Positions 31,433-41,816 of a DNA stretch of 64,000 nt are shown here, in pieces; position 1 is the first letter of the stretch, and every line of letters starts with the position of its first letter. The stretch covers positions 160,001 through 224,000 of the forward strand of contig JBALDB010000007.1 of assembly GCA_036918135.1 (NCBI GenBank), read 5' to 3'. The DNA is from Nostoc sp. (GTDB taxonomy: Bacteria; Cyanobacteriota; Cyanobacteriia; Cyanobacteriales; Nostocaceae). The notes below the pieces were generated by a model. The model saw nothing but the letters and a program-made list of their open reading frames with translations, did no database searches and was not told where the DNA came from. A program made the position numbers and the translations under genes.

Positions 31433-34400
31433 ATGACATCTACTATTATTGGAACCAATGGAAATGACACCCTAGATGGCACTAACGACGACGCCAACAT
31501 AATTAACGGTAAAGCTGGCAATGATATCATCACAGCTGGTTCTGACAACGACACTTTAACGGGTGGGGGCGGCAAAGATACATTTGTTTTTTATGGCTCA
31601 AACGACGGCACTGATATAATCACTGATTTCGGTGGCGTAGGTAAAGGAACAAATCTAACAGCAGCAGTAATTGCGGAAGTCGATACTATCCAATTTACTG
31701 CTAACTATTTTGAATTGACTGTGCGAAATTTGCTACTCACCCAAAATGGTAGCAATCTAGAAATTAGTTTTGAAAGGGGATATAACACAAAAATCATCCT
31801 GCAAAACTTCAAACTAGAAAACTTAGGTAATCTGAAAGCTTCTGGTACAAGACCAGCGATTGGTAATATCCTGTTTGCTGGGGAAACTAGCATTACCGAC
31901 AGTTTTAATGTCCTAGATGCCAACTCTACTGATACAAGCATTGGTATCAAGAACACGGTAACCTTCCTCAATGACCTGAATAACAACATTACAGGTTTAG
32001 ACAACTCAGATGATGTGGTGAATGGTCAGGGGGGCAATGACAAAATAAATGGTTTAAGTGGTGACGATTTGCTGCGGGGTGGTACAGGCAACGATACTCT
32101 GGTTGGTGGTCTGGGTAATGATACCCTTGATGCTTCCTATTCTTCTGGAAATAATATTCTCATAGGGGATGCAGGGGATGACTACCTTGATATTAGCTAT
32201 TCTACTGGCAACAATACGGTTTCAGGACAAGATGGCAATGATTACTTTTATACCTATCAAGTTCAGGGTAGCAACATCCTAAATGGAGGGGATGGCAATG
32301 ACACGTTCAGTTTATTTGTCCCATATACTGCTCCCTCTTCCTTAGCAACTCAAACGGTAGACGGAGGGACAGGTGACGATTTGTTAACCGTCGATTCCAA
32401 TAATGCGACTGAGGCAATCACTTCGACTTTCAATCATGCTACTAATACTGGCTCAATTAAAGCAGGCACATATCAGATTAACTATAAGAATATTGAACGA
32501 TTAGATATCTCAGGCACATACTACAATGATTACATTGTGGGGAGCAATGGCAACGATACCATCAGAATTAGTAGTGGCAACGACACTTTAACGGGTAGCG
32601 GTGGCAAGGATACATTTGTTTATGGATACGACGGCACTGATATAATCACTGATTTCGGTGGCGTAGGTAAAGGAACAAACCCGACAGCAGCAGTCATTGC
32701 TGAAGTGGATACCATTGAATTTTATGGTTCAGGCTTAACTGTCCGAAATCTATTGCTTACCCAGAATGGCAGCAATCTGGAAATCACCTTTGAAGGGGTG
32801 GCTGATAAGAAACTTATTCTAAAAAATTTCAAACTAGAAGATTTGGAGAACCTCAAAGCTTCTGGAACAAAACCAGCGATTGGTAATATCTTATTTGGTG
32901 GGGAAACTAGCATCACTGATAGCTTTAATGTCCTGGATGCTGACTCTACTGATACAAACATTGGCATCAAGAACACAGTCACCTTCCTCAATGACCTAGA
33001 CAACAACATTACGGGTTTAGACGACTCGAATGATGTGGTGAATGGTCAGGGAGGTAATGACAAAATCGACGGCAAAAGTGGTGACGACTTGTTGCGAGGT
33101 GGTGCAGGCAATGATACTCTCATTGGTGGTGTGGGGAATGATACTCTCGTTGATGATACTGGCAATAACTCCCTTGTTGGTGGTATTGGTAACGATACTT
33201 TGAATGTTGACTCTTCAACAGGCAAGAATACCCTCGATGGTGGTGCTAATGATGATACATTGTATGCTCGGGGTTCAAAAGGCAATAACTTACTCTCTGG
33301 CGGCAATGGCAATGATTTTCTTAACGCCTCTTACCTGTCTACTGACTACGGATACAACTTTATTGGCTCCTCAGGCAATAACACCCTCAATGGTAGCATT
33401 GGTAATGATACATTGCTTGCTGAATCTCCAGAAGGTAATAACTTACTCTCTGGCGACGATGGCAATGATTATCTCTCCAGCTCTGGCTATGATGGATATA
33501 GAGTATACTTTAATTTTTCCTCCTCAGGCAATAACACCCTCAACGGTGGTGCTGGTGACGATATATTGAATGCTGAGATTTCAACAGGCAATAACCTACT
33601 CTCTGGTGACGATGGCAACGATATTCTCTCCAGTTCTGGCTTTGTCACCAATACCAGCGGTGGAGATTATTACGCTCCTTCCTCAGGTAATAATACCCTC
33701 GACGGTGGCGTTGGTGATGATTACTTGAATGCTGCGATTTCAACAGGCAATAACTTACTCTCTGGTGGCGACGGTAATGATTCCTTTTATGTAAGCACCT
33801 CATCCCCAGATACTGTCCGCTCTTATTTAGTGACTCAAACGGTAGATGGGGGTAAAGATGACGATTTGTTGATAGTTGATTACAGCGATGCTACTGGAGG
33901 AATCACAACAACGTTTAATGCTACTAACATTGGCTCAATGACAGCAGGCAAGTATCGAGTTACTTATAAGAATATTGAAAGATTAAATATCATCTTAGAT
34001 ACAGCCTACGATGATAACATTTTGGGCAGCAATGGCAACGATACTCTCTCTGTGGGCAGTGGTGGCAAAGATACGATTGATGGGGGTAAGGGTGATGATT
34101 TGCTGTCTGCCGATTACTACAATGCTAGTGAAGGAATCACAACGACATTCAATGCCAGTAATAACATTGGCTCAATCACAGTGGGTATGTCTCGGGTCGG
34201 CTACAAGAATATTGAAAGATTAAATATTTCAGGTACATACCACAATGACTTGATTGTGGGAAGTAATGGCAACGATACTCTCTCTGTGGGCAGTGGTGGC
34301 AATGACACAATAGATGGGGGTAAGGGTGACGATTTGCTGTCCGTCGATTACAGCTATGCTATTGGAGGAATCACAACAACATTTAATGCCACTACTAACA

Positions 34401-35164
34401 TTGGCTTGATGACAGCTGGCGAATACCGGGTTAGCTACAAGAATATCGAAAGATTAAATGTCTCAGGTACAAACTATGATGACTTGATTGTGGGGAGTAA
34501 TGGCAACGATACGCTCTCCACAGGCAGTGGTGGCAATGACACAATAGATGGGGGTAAGGGTGACGATTTGTTATCCGTCGATTTTGGAAATGCTACCACA
34601 GGAATCACAACGACATTCAATGCTACTACAAACAAGGGAGAAATTACGGCGGGTACGAGACTAGTTAAGTACCAGAATATGGAAGGATTAAATATTTTAG
34701 GTTCCTACTACGATGACTTGATTGTGGGGAATAATGGCAATGATACCCTCGACGGTAGTAGTGGCAATGATACCCTCAAAGGTGGTAATGGTAATGATGT
34801 CCTCACAGGTGGCAGGGGTAATGATAGCCTTTATGGGGGAGGCGGTACTGATACCTTTATCTTCGATAATTTTGGTGAAGGCGTTGAGCGCATTTATGAC
34901 TTTAACGCCACTAATGAAGTGATTCAAGTCTCGATTACTGATTTTGGTGGCGACTTATCACCAGGTGTACTTAAGACAAGTCAGTTTACAATCGGAGCAT
35001 CTGCAACCACAACTAGTCAGCGATTTATTTATAACTCGACTACAGGTGGATTGTTCTTTGACTCTGATGGTAGTGCAGGTGCGTTTACTCAGGTACAGTT
35101 CGCACAATTATCTGCTGGCTTGTCACTAACCAACAACAATTTTGTACTTTTTTATCCTTATTAG
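31433..35164 (+). CDS. RTX/haemolysin-type calcium-binding repeat protein
   Basis: Many GGxGxDxL nonapeptides, duplicated ~190-aa N-terminal module, YKNIERL repeats, conserved C-terminal cap. Confidence 0.92.
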   Translation: MTSTIIGTNGNDTLDGTNDDANIINGKAGNDIITAGSDNDTLTGGGGKDTFVFYGSNDGTDIITDFGGVGKGTNLTAAVIAEVDTIQFTANYFELTVRNLLLTQNGSNLEISFERGYNTKIILQNFKLENLGNLKASGTRPAIGNILFAGETSITDSFNVLDANSTDTSIGIKNTVTFLNDLNNNITGLDNSDDVVNGQGGNDKINGLSGDDLLRGGTGNDTLVGGLGNDTLDASYSSGNNILIGDAGDDYLDISYSTGNNTVSGQDGNDYFYTYQVQGSNILNGGDGNDTFSLFVPYTAPSSLATQTVDGGTGDDLLTVDSNNATEAITSTFNHATNTGSIKAGTYQINYKNIERLDISGTYYNDYIVGSNGNDTIRISSGNDTLTGSGGKDTFVYGYDGTDIITDFGGVGKGTNPTAAVIAEVDTIEFYGSGLTVRNLLLTQNGSNLEITFEGVADKKLILKNFKLEDLENLKASGTKPAIGNILFGGETSITDSFNVLDADSTDTNIGIKNTVTFLNDLDNNITGLDDSNDVVNGQGGNDKIDGKSGDDLLRGGAGNDTLIGGVGNDTLVDDTGNNSLVGGIGNDTLNVDSSTGKNTLDGGANDDTLYARGSKGNNLLSGGNGNDFLNASYLSTDYGYNFIGSSGNNTLNGSIGNDTLLAESPEGNNLLSGDDGNDYLSSSGYDGYRVYFNFSSSGNNTLNGGAGDDILNAEISTGNNLLSGDDGNDILSSSGFVTNTSGGDYYAPSSGNNTLDGGVGDDYLNAAISTGNNLLSGGDGNDSFYVSTSSPDTVRSYLVTQTVDGGKDDDLLIVDYSDATGGITTTFNATNIGSMTAGKYRVTYKNIERLNIILDTAYDDNILGSNGNDTLSVGSGGKDTIDGGKGDDLLSADYYNASEGITTTFNASNNIGSITVGMSRVGYKNIERLNISGTYHNDLIVGSNGNDTLSVGSGGNDTIDGGKGDDLLSVDYSYAIGGITTTFNATTNIGLMTAGEYRVSYKNIERLNVSGTNYDDLIVGSNGNDTLSTGSGGNDTIDGGKGDDLLSVDFGNATTGITTTFNATTNKGEITAGTRLVKYQNMEGLNILGSYYDDLIVGNNGNDTLDGSSGNDTLKGGNGNDVLTGGRGNDSLYGGGGTDTFIFDNFGEGVERIYDFNATNEVIQVSITDFGGDLSPGVLKTSQFTIGASATTTSQRFIYNSTTGGLFFDSDGSAGAFTQVQFAQLSAGLSLTNNNFVLFYPY

Positions 35165-35203
35165 CACTTGATCACTTTAAGCAGAGAAAATAGGAAACTT
35201 TCA

Positions 35204-35237
35204 GAATGCGAGTTGCTATTTAAGGCATCTCGCATTC
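35204..35237 (+). terminator. Hairpin downstream of RTX gene
   Basis: GAATGCGAG...CTCGCATTC. Confidence 0.55.
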
Positions 35238-35674
35238 AACTCATCAATGTAATGATAAAATCTCTCTCTAGATAAAATATATCCTCATCCATTTGGCTTA
35301 TTCTTCTCATTCTGTAAGTATAGTCTGGTGTAGGTATTGCTGCTATCAAAAAATAAAATATATATTGTTTTCTGATTCTTTAGAGTATCTATCTTTTACT
35401 TTTTGTAGAGAATTATCTATGAAATATTAAGACTATATAAAAAATAATTTTAGGATAAAAATTATTAGTAAATAGGTTTACTAATATGTAAAGATTTTTA
35501 GTAAAAATCAATCACTTAGTAGATATTATGTATATTAATGATGAGCAGGTTATTTGAATGTTTTGTTTGGTTTATTTATACCCAGGAATTTGTTTCTTGT
35601 TTTTCGGCTAGATGACTACGGATAATAATCGATAACAAAGACATAAATATCTGTTTATTTATCTGTTTTTGAGG

Positions 35675-36071
35675 CTAGTAAGACTTACGCATTGACAAAA
35701 GGACTAAATTATAGTTTTTGTATTTAGGAGATTCAAGCCTGATTTTTCAACTAGTTTCAGTAATATCTATGGTAAATACTTGCCTGCATGACTGATGAAT
35801 GATGAATCAAATCATCTTGAAATCAGTTTTTTGTGAATCCACACACTGACGAATTTGTACAATGCCTAAGACTTAGATAATCCTCTATATTTGGATCGGT
35901 AATAGTTGCAAGTCAATCAAAATGAGAATATTTATAAAAAACTTGTAACGGTCAAAAGTGAGATTTAAGTACGCCGAAAGCATCAACTTTCAATATATCT
36001 TTCTGAGCCAAACAGAACTAGAAACTGAGAACTGAACTTACTCAAAAAATCGATTCAGGTAAGAAAAAGTT
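35675..36071 (+). repeat. Duplicated ~390-nt leader, copy 2
   Basis: Colinear similarity with 31042-31432 up to the start codon. Confidence 0.85.
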
Positions 36072-37793
36072 ATGGCAAATATCATTGGAACCGACGGTTA
36101 CGATAGCCTACTAGGCACTAAGAGCGCCGACACAATTAACGGTAAAGCTGGCGACGACACTTTAACTGGTGGCGGTGGCAAGGATAAATTTATTTACAAC
36201 TTGGGTGACGGTATTGATACAATCACTGATTTTTGTGGAGTAGGTAAAGGCACAAACCCAACACCAGGTGTTATTGCCGAAGTTGATACAATTCAATTTA
36301 TTGGTGCTGGTTTGACTGCACGAAATTTGTTACTGACACAGGATGGCACAGATTTGGAAATCGCCTTTGAAGGGGTGGTTGATACAAAAGTCATCTTGAA
36401 AAACTTCAAACTAGAAGACTTAGAGAACTTGAAAGCTTCTGGTAGTACGCCAGCCATTGGTAATATTATCTTTGATGGCCAAAGTAGCATTGTTGATAAT
36501 TTTAATGTTCTGGATGCCAACTCTACTGATACGACCATCGGTATTAAGAACACTGTCACCTTCCTCAATGACCTTGCCAACAACATTAAGGGTTTAGATA
36601 ACTCAAATGATGTAATCAATGGTCAAGGGGGTAACGACAAAATCGAGGGCTTAAGTGGTGACGACTTGCTGCGGGGTGGTGCAGGTAATAACCTGCTTGA
36701 TGGTGGCAATGATAATGATACTCTTTCCATCTCTGGCTACGGAGATGAGGTGTACGACTCTCGCTTGTCTGGCAAAAACACCCTCAATGGTGGTGCTGGT
36801 GATGATACCTTGAGTGCTAGTGGTTCAACAGGCGATAACCTGCTCTCCGGAGGCAATGACAATGATTCTCTCTCTATCTCTGGTTACTATACCTTTGTAT
36901 ATGCCAACAATATATACGACTCTCTCTCACTAGGAAAAAACACTCTCAACGGTGGTGCTGGTAACGATAACTTGAGTGCTAGTGGTTCAACAGGTAATAA
37001 CCTGCTTTCTGGAGATGATGGTAATGATTCTCTGACTATTTCTGGGTACTACAACGGAGATGGCTACGACGAATACAACTCTCGCTCTTCAGGAAATAAC
37101 ACCCTTAACGGTGGTGTTGGTGATGATACCTTGAGTGCTAGCGGTTCAACAGGTAATAACCTGCTTTCTGGAGGGGATGGCAATGATTCTCTCTCCATTT
37201 CTGGTTACTACGAGTACACTCCCGACGACAACCCGTATGAGCCTCGCAACCTTTCCAACACATACGATTCTCGCTCTTCTGGCAATAACACCCTCAGCGG
37301 TGGTGTAGGTAACGATAACTTGAGTGCTAGCGGTTCGACAGGCAGTAATCTTTTAGATGGTGGCGATGGTAATGATACTCTCATAGCTTCTAATGCCACT
37401 GGTAAGAACACCCTCAAAGGTGGTAATGGCAATGATACCCTTACAGGTGGCAAAAGTAATGATAGCCTTTATGGAGGAGGCGGTATTGATACCTTTGTTT
37501 TCAATAGTTTTAATGAAGGTGTTGATAGAATTTTTGATTTCAATACCACTAATGAAGTGATTCGGGTATCAGCTGCTGGTTTTGGTGGCGGTTTATCGGC
37601 AGGTGTCTTAAAAGCTAGTCAATTTACAATCGGAGCATCTGCAACCACTGGCACTCAAAGGTTTATTTATAATTCGGCTACGGGTGGATTATTCTTTGAC
37701 CAGGATGGTAGTGGAGGTGCGTTTGCCAAGGTCCAATTTGCACAACTTACTGCTGGTTTGTCATTAACCAACACAAATTTTGTGGTTGTTTAA
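36072..37793 (+). CDS. RTX/haemolysin-type calcium-binding repeat protein (paralogue)
   Basis: Same N-terminal module and C-terminal cap as 31433-35164; repeats of SGNNTLNGGxGDDTLSASGSTGNNLLSGGDGNDSLSISGY. Confidence 0.92.
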   Translation: MANIIGTDGYDSLLGTKSADTINGKAGDDTLTGGGGKDKFIYNLGDGIDTITDFCGVGKGTNPTPGVIAEVDTIQFIGAGLTARNLLLTQDGTDLEIAFEGVVDTKVILKNFKLEDLENLKASGSTPAIGNIIFDGQSSIVDNFNVLDANSTDTTIGIKNTVTFLNDLANNIKGLDNSNDVINGQGGNDKIEGLSGDDLLRGGAGNNLLDGGNDNDTLSISGYGDEVYDSRLSGKNTLNGGAGDDTLSASGSTGDNLLSGGNDNDSLSISGYYTFVYANNIYDSLSLGKNTLNGGAGNDNLSASGSTGNNLLSGDDGNDSLTISGYYNGDGYDEYNSRSSGNNTLNGGVGDDTLSASGSTGNNLLSGGDGNDSLSISGYYEYTPDDNPYEPRNLSNTYDSRSSGNNTLSGGVGNDNLSASGSTGSNLLDGGDGNDTLIASNATGKNTLKGGNGNDTLTGGKSNDSLYGGGGIDTFVFNSFNEGVDRIFDFNTTNEVIRVSAAGFGGGLSAGVLKASQFTIGASATTGTQRFIYNSATGGLFFDQDGSGGAFAKVQFAQLTAGLSLTNTNFVVV

Positions 37794-37837
37794 TCTGAGT
37801 AGAAAAAATTACAACCCATTGGATTACGAGGTATCTA

Positions 37838-37889
37838 AAGGGGATGTAAGAGACAATAAAAATACTTTTTTATCTCTCACATCCCTCTT
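37838..37889. terminator. Hairpin between convergent genes
   Basis: GGGATGTAAGAGA...TCTCTCACATCCC imperfect inverted repeat. Confidence 0.5.
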
Positions 37890-37946
37890 TTCCTTAATAA
37901 GACAATTTTGAAATACTCAATATGATATTTTAGTCTCCCGAACAAG

Positions 37947-38993
37947 TCACTTAAGTTTTTTGTGAGCAGCCAAAATAATTTTCTCTGTTTCTTCCCAGTT
38001 AATACATTTGTCAGTTACAGAAACACCATATCTTAATTCTTCTTTTTTACCAGTAATTGGTTGATTACCTTCATATAAATTTGATTCGAGCATCATGCCA
38101 ACTATTGATGTATTGCCATCCAATATTTGCTCAATAACATTTTCTAAGACAGCAGACTGTAGTTTGTAGTCTTTATTTGTATTGCCGTGGCTACAATCGA
38201 TGACAATTCTTGGTGGTAAATTTGCCTCTTTTAATTTCTTTTCTACGAGGCTGACGCTGACTGGATCAAAGTTGGGCTGACTACCACCTCTTAAAATAAC
38301 GTGACCATAGGCATTACCTTTGGTTTGAAATACGCTGACTTGTCCGTTTTGATTAATTCCTAGAAAATTATGAGGGTTTCCAGCTGATTGTAGGGCATTC
38401 AAAGCTACTTGAATATTGCCGTCAGTACCGTTTTTAAAACCCACAGGCATAGAAAGTCCGCTGGCCATTTCGCGATGAGTTTGTGATTCGGTTGTGCGCG
38501 CCCCAATGGCAGACCATGTAATCAGTTCGCTAATATATTGAGGGATAATTGGATCTAGCGCTTCTGTGGCAGCAGGTAGTCCCAATTCTGTAATTTTTAA
38601 TAACAGTTCGCGTGCAATTAATAAACCATTTTCTACATGAAAAGAATCATCCATGTCTGGGTCATTAATTAATCCTTTCCAGCCTACGGTTGTTCTGGGT
38701 TTTTCAAAGTAGACTCGCATAATTAGTAGCAGCTTATCTTGGACTCGCTCTGCTAATGATTTCAATCTTTGGGAATATTCGATCGCTGCTTTGGGATCGT
38801 GGATCGAACAGGGGCCAACTACTATGAATTTTCGGCGATCGCGAAAATCCAAAATCCCTTCTATTTCTTCTCTATAACTTAAAACTGTTTGTTCGGCTAA
38901 TTGAGTTAATGGTAACCTTGATTTAATTTCTTTGGGAGTTAAGAGAACCCGATGGTTGTCGATGTTTGCATTAAACAATTTGTGGTTGTGCAT
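37947..38993 (-). CDS. 3-deoxy-7-phosphoheptulonate (DAHP) synthase, class I-alpha (AroF/G/H type)
   Basis: GPCSIHD, RVYFEKPRTTVGWKG, IGARTTESQTHRE, GFKNGTDG, IDCSHGN, GVSVTDKC. Confidence 0.95.
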   Translation of the reverse strand: MHNHKLFNANIDNHRVLLTPKEIKSRLPLTQLAEQTVLSYREEIEGILDFRDRRKFIVVGPCSIHDPKAAIEYSQRLKSLAERVQDKLLLIMRVYFEKPRTTVGWKGLINDPDMDDSFHVENGLLIARELLLKITELGLPAATEALDPIIPQYISELITWSAIGARTTESQTHREMASGLSMPVGFKNGTDGNIQVALNALQSAGNPHNFLGINQNGQVSVFQTKGNAYGHVILRGGSQPNFDPVSVSLVEKKLKEANLPPRIVIDCSHGNTNKDYKLQSAVLENVIEQILDGNTSIVGMMLESNLYEGNQPITGKKEELRYGVSVTDKCINWEETEKIILAAHKKLK

Positions 38994-39420
38994 GTAGATT
39001 TTCTCTTAATTTATGCTATTCTCTTTCTCAGTGCAACTTAATATACACAGGCTTAATCAAAAATACAAGATATTAGATATTTCACCATTCAAAAATTTAT
39101 AATTAAACTTGATTTTAGTCAAGTAATTACTATTAAGAATATTTGAGTTATTGCGATATTGCTGTTTTCAATTGAGTAAAATCTAAATAAATGCACAGTT
39201 GGGGATTGATGTCAAGGTAAGCCAAAACATCAGAGAAAATGTTGTTTCCAGGTTATAGCAGGAAAATATTGTTTCTTGAAGTACTATCACTATTATTGCA
39301 GATAGAGGCTTTGATATCGTGTCCAATTGCAAACCAATCACTACGGCTGACACCAACAAAAGTCTCAAACGCTTCGGTGACTAGTTTTGAATCCGATTAA
39401 GAAATATTGTTTTTGCTTGA

Positions 39421-39972
39421 TTGATTATGTATATAAAGGTGCTATCTGCTTCGATTAATGACAAACCACTCATCCAACAGATGATGGAGCTTTATCAGTA
39501 TGACTTTTCAGAATTTGAAAATCAAGACCTCAACGAGCATGGTTATTTTGGATACCCATATTTAGATTATTACTGGATCGAAGGCGATCGCTATCCGTTC
39601 ATTGTGCGAGTAGGTGGAAAGCTTGCTGGATTTGTTTTAGTGAATCAGTTCACATATATTCCAGACAGTCAATATTCTATGGCAGAGTTTTTTATTTTAC
39701 GAAAATACAGGCAACAAGGAATTGGTAAGTTGGTTGCTTATCAAGTCTTCGACCGATTTTGTGGTAAGTGGGAGATTTATCAAATTAACACAAATACAGT
39801 CGCTCAAAAATTTTGGCGCAGTGTGATTGCAGAGTACACAACAGGAAAATTTAGAGAAATTGCGATCGACGATCGCGATCGCCAAGGAACGATTCAATAT
39901 TTTGACAACACCTTAAAATGTTCCTTGAATAATTCCGCCATCTACTTGCAGCATGACTCCATTTACAAATGA
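39421..39972 (+). CDS. GNAT family N-acetyltransferase
   Basis: EFFILRKYRQQGIGK acetyl-CoA motif, NTVAQKFW. Confidence 0.85.
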   Translation: MIMYIKVLSASINDKPLIQQMMELYQYDFSEFENQDLNEHGYFGYPYLDYYWIEGDRYPFIVRVGGKLAGFVLVNQFTYIPDSQYSMAEFFILRKYRQQGIGKLVAYQVFDRFCGKWEIYQINTNTVAQKFWRSVIAEYTTGKFREIAIDDRDRQGTIQYFDNTLKCSLNNSAIYLQHDSIYK

Positions 39973-40701
39973 GGCTGCTGGTGAACTCAAAAATACCGCA
40001 ACATTGGCAAACTCTTCTGGTGTCCCCATGCGGCCTAAAGGAACTTTTGCATTGATTTTGGCAATTTCTGCTTCTTTTGTTTCACCAGTTTTAGTAATCT
40101 GGGCATTGATTAATTCTTCGACTCGTTCTGTATATGTCCAACCTGGTAAAATGCTGTTGACGCGAATTTTATCGTTACCCAGTTCTTGGCTGAGAGTTTT
40201 AGTTAAACCAATCACAGCTAAGCGAAGGGAATTAGACAATACAAGATTTTGAACTGGTTGTTTGGTTGAGGTTGAAGTGATGGTTAGAATTGCTGCTGCT
40301 GTTGACTGGCGTAAGTGAGGTAAAGCGTATTTTGCTAAGCGGATTGCACTTAGTAAAGTTAAATTGAGTGAAGTTTCCCAAGTTGCTAAATCGATATCAT
40401 CAAAAGTGCCAGCAGGTGGGCCTCCGGCGTTAGTAACGAGGATATCCAACCCGCCTAATTTTTCTACTGTGGTATCGATTGTCCGCTCAATATCTGCTTG
40501 ACTGGTAACATCTGCACGCAGAGATAGCACTTGCGTACCTGTTTCGTTGGCAATCTCCGCAGCAGTTTTGTCAATTAACTCACTGCGGGCGCAAATAGCA
40601 ACTTTTGCACCCTCACGGGCAAATTGCCTTGCTGTAGCTTTGCCTAAACCTTTACTAGCAGCTGTTACTAAGGCGACTTTGCCACGGAGTTGCAAATCCA
40701 T
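39913..40701 (-). CDS. SDR family oxidoreductase
   Basis: ALVTAASKGLG, LVTNAGGP, VNSILPG, PLGRMGTPEE, VDGG. Confidence 0.92.
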   Translation of the reverse strand: MDLQLRGKVALVTAASKGLGKATARQFAREGAKVAICARSELIDKTAAEIANETGTQVLSLRADVTSQADIERTIDTTVEKLGGLDILVTNAGGPPAGTFDDIDLATWETSLNLTLLSAIRLAKYALPHLRQSTAAAILTITSTSTKQPVQNLVLSNSLRLAVIGLTKTLSQELGNDKIRVNSILPGWTYTERVEELINAQITKTGETKEAEIAKINAKVPLGRMGTPEEFANVAVFLSSPAASFVNGVMLQVDGGIIQGTF

Positions 40702-40719
40702 AATTTTGATGTTTTTTGT

Positions 40720-41541
40720 TTACAGTAACTTGAAGCCCAAGTTATTTAGAACTTCCCGCAAGCGATCGCGTCCTCTCAATGACTCGACAGTTGCGACGCG
40801 TCCGGCTGAGTGTTCTGACCAATCGCCAGCGACATTCATCTTTTGTTCAGTATAGAACTCTTTGACGATCTCGTTGTAGTGAGCGATCGCTTCGTCTTGT
40901 TCTGCCAATTTATAAGTTTCGCGGTGTAGCACAGCTGATTGTGGTAACCGTGGTTTAATTGCAGCAGCCACTTCTGGATTTGCATAGCCTACACACAACC
41001 CAAATACAGCATAAACAGAGTCAGGCAAATTCAATATTTCTGCTACCTCTTGGGGGCGGTTGCGGATTCCACCGATATATACTGTTCCCAAACCCAGGGA
41101 CTCAGCTGCTACTGTGGCATTTTGCGCCGCTAATGTAGCATCAACTGTTGACATGACAAACATTTCCAAATATTCCAAACCGTCATGAGATATGCCGCGA
41201 CTGTCAGCAACATGAGTTAGACGCGCTAAATCTGCTAACCACACTAAAAATAAAGGTGCTTGTCGAATGTGTGCTTGATCCCCTGCTAGCTTGGATAACT
41301 CATCTTTGCGTTGTTGATTTTCGACTGCTACTACACTCCAAGTTTGCAAATTCGAGGAAGTAGATGCAGATTGAGCGGTTGCAACTAGCAACTCCAGGGT
41401 TCCTGCTGGTAATGGGTCGGATAGATAAGCACGAATCGAACGGTGAGATAATAGTGATGTCAGAGAATCATTCCAGGCAATTTCCAGATTGAAAGGAATT
41501 TCACCGTAACGCGATCGCAGTAATTCTATGGGATTAGTCAT
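40720..41541 (-). CDS. NADPH-dependent flavin oxidoreductase (NfsA/Frp nitroreductase family)
   Basis: HRSIRAY, SASTSSNLQ, AESLGLGTVYIGGIRN, KPRLP. Confidence 0.92.
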   Translation of the reverse strand: MTNPIELLRSRYGEIPFNLEIAWNDSLTSLLSHRSIRAYLSDPLPAGTLELLVATAQSASTSSNLQTWSVVAVENQQRKDELSKLAGDQAHIRQAPLFLVWLADLARLTHVADSRGISHDGLEYLEMFVMSTVDATLAAQNATVAAESLGLGTVYIGGIRNRPQEVAEILNLPDSVYAVFGLCVGYANPEVAAAIKPRLPQSAVLHRETYKLAEQDEAIAHYNEIVKEFYTEQKMNVAGDWSEHSAGRVATVESLRGRDRLREVLNNLGFKLL

Positions 41542-41816
41542 AATTAATTCCCCGATTCCAAATTTCAAAATTGTCAGTTGTTTTTTCAGTCATAATTCAG
41601 AACTCAGAAGGAGCCGATGCAGTCTTGGGGTTTCACGCTACTTCCTACAACTATTAGAACCAACAAAGGCGGAGTGGCTCCTCAAATGAAGTAACTGGTA
41701 TTGATAATTTATAATTGTGGGTTTGGCATGATTTACCACAAAAAAAGGTAATTTAAAAGTTAGATTTTTTTGATATTCTAACTTCTGACTTCTGAATTCT
41801 TATTCCTGATTCTAGA

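Noticed and set aside
31433..37793. Diversity-generating retroelement acting on the RTX loops
   Set aside because: No reverse transcriptase or template repeat in the window, and loops vary in length, which adenine-specific mutagenesis does not explain; kept only as a test.
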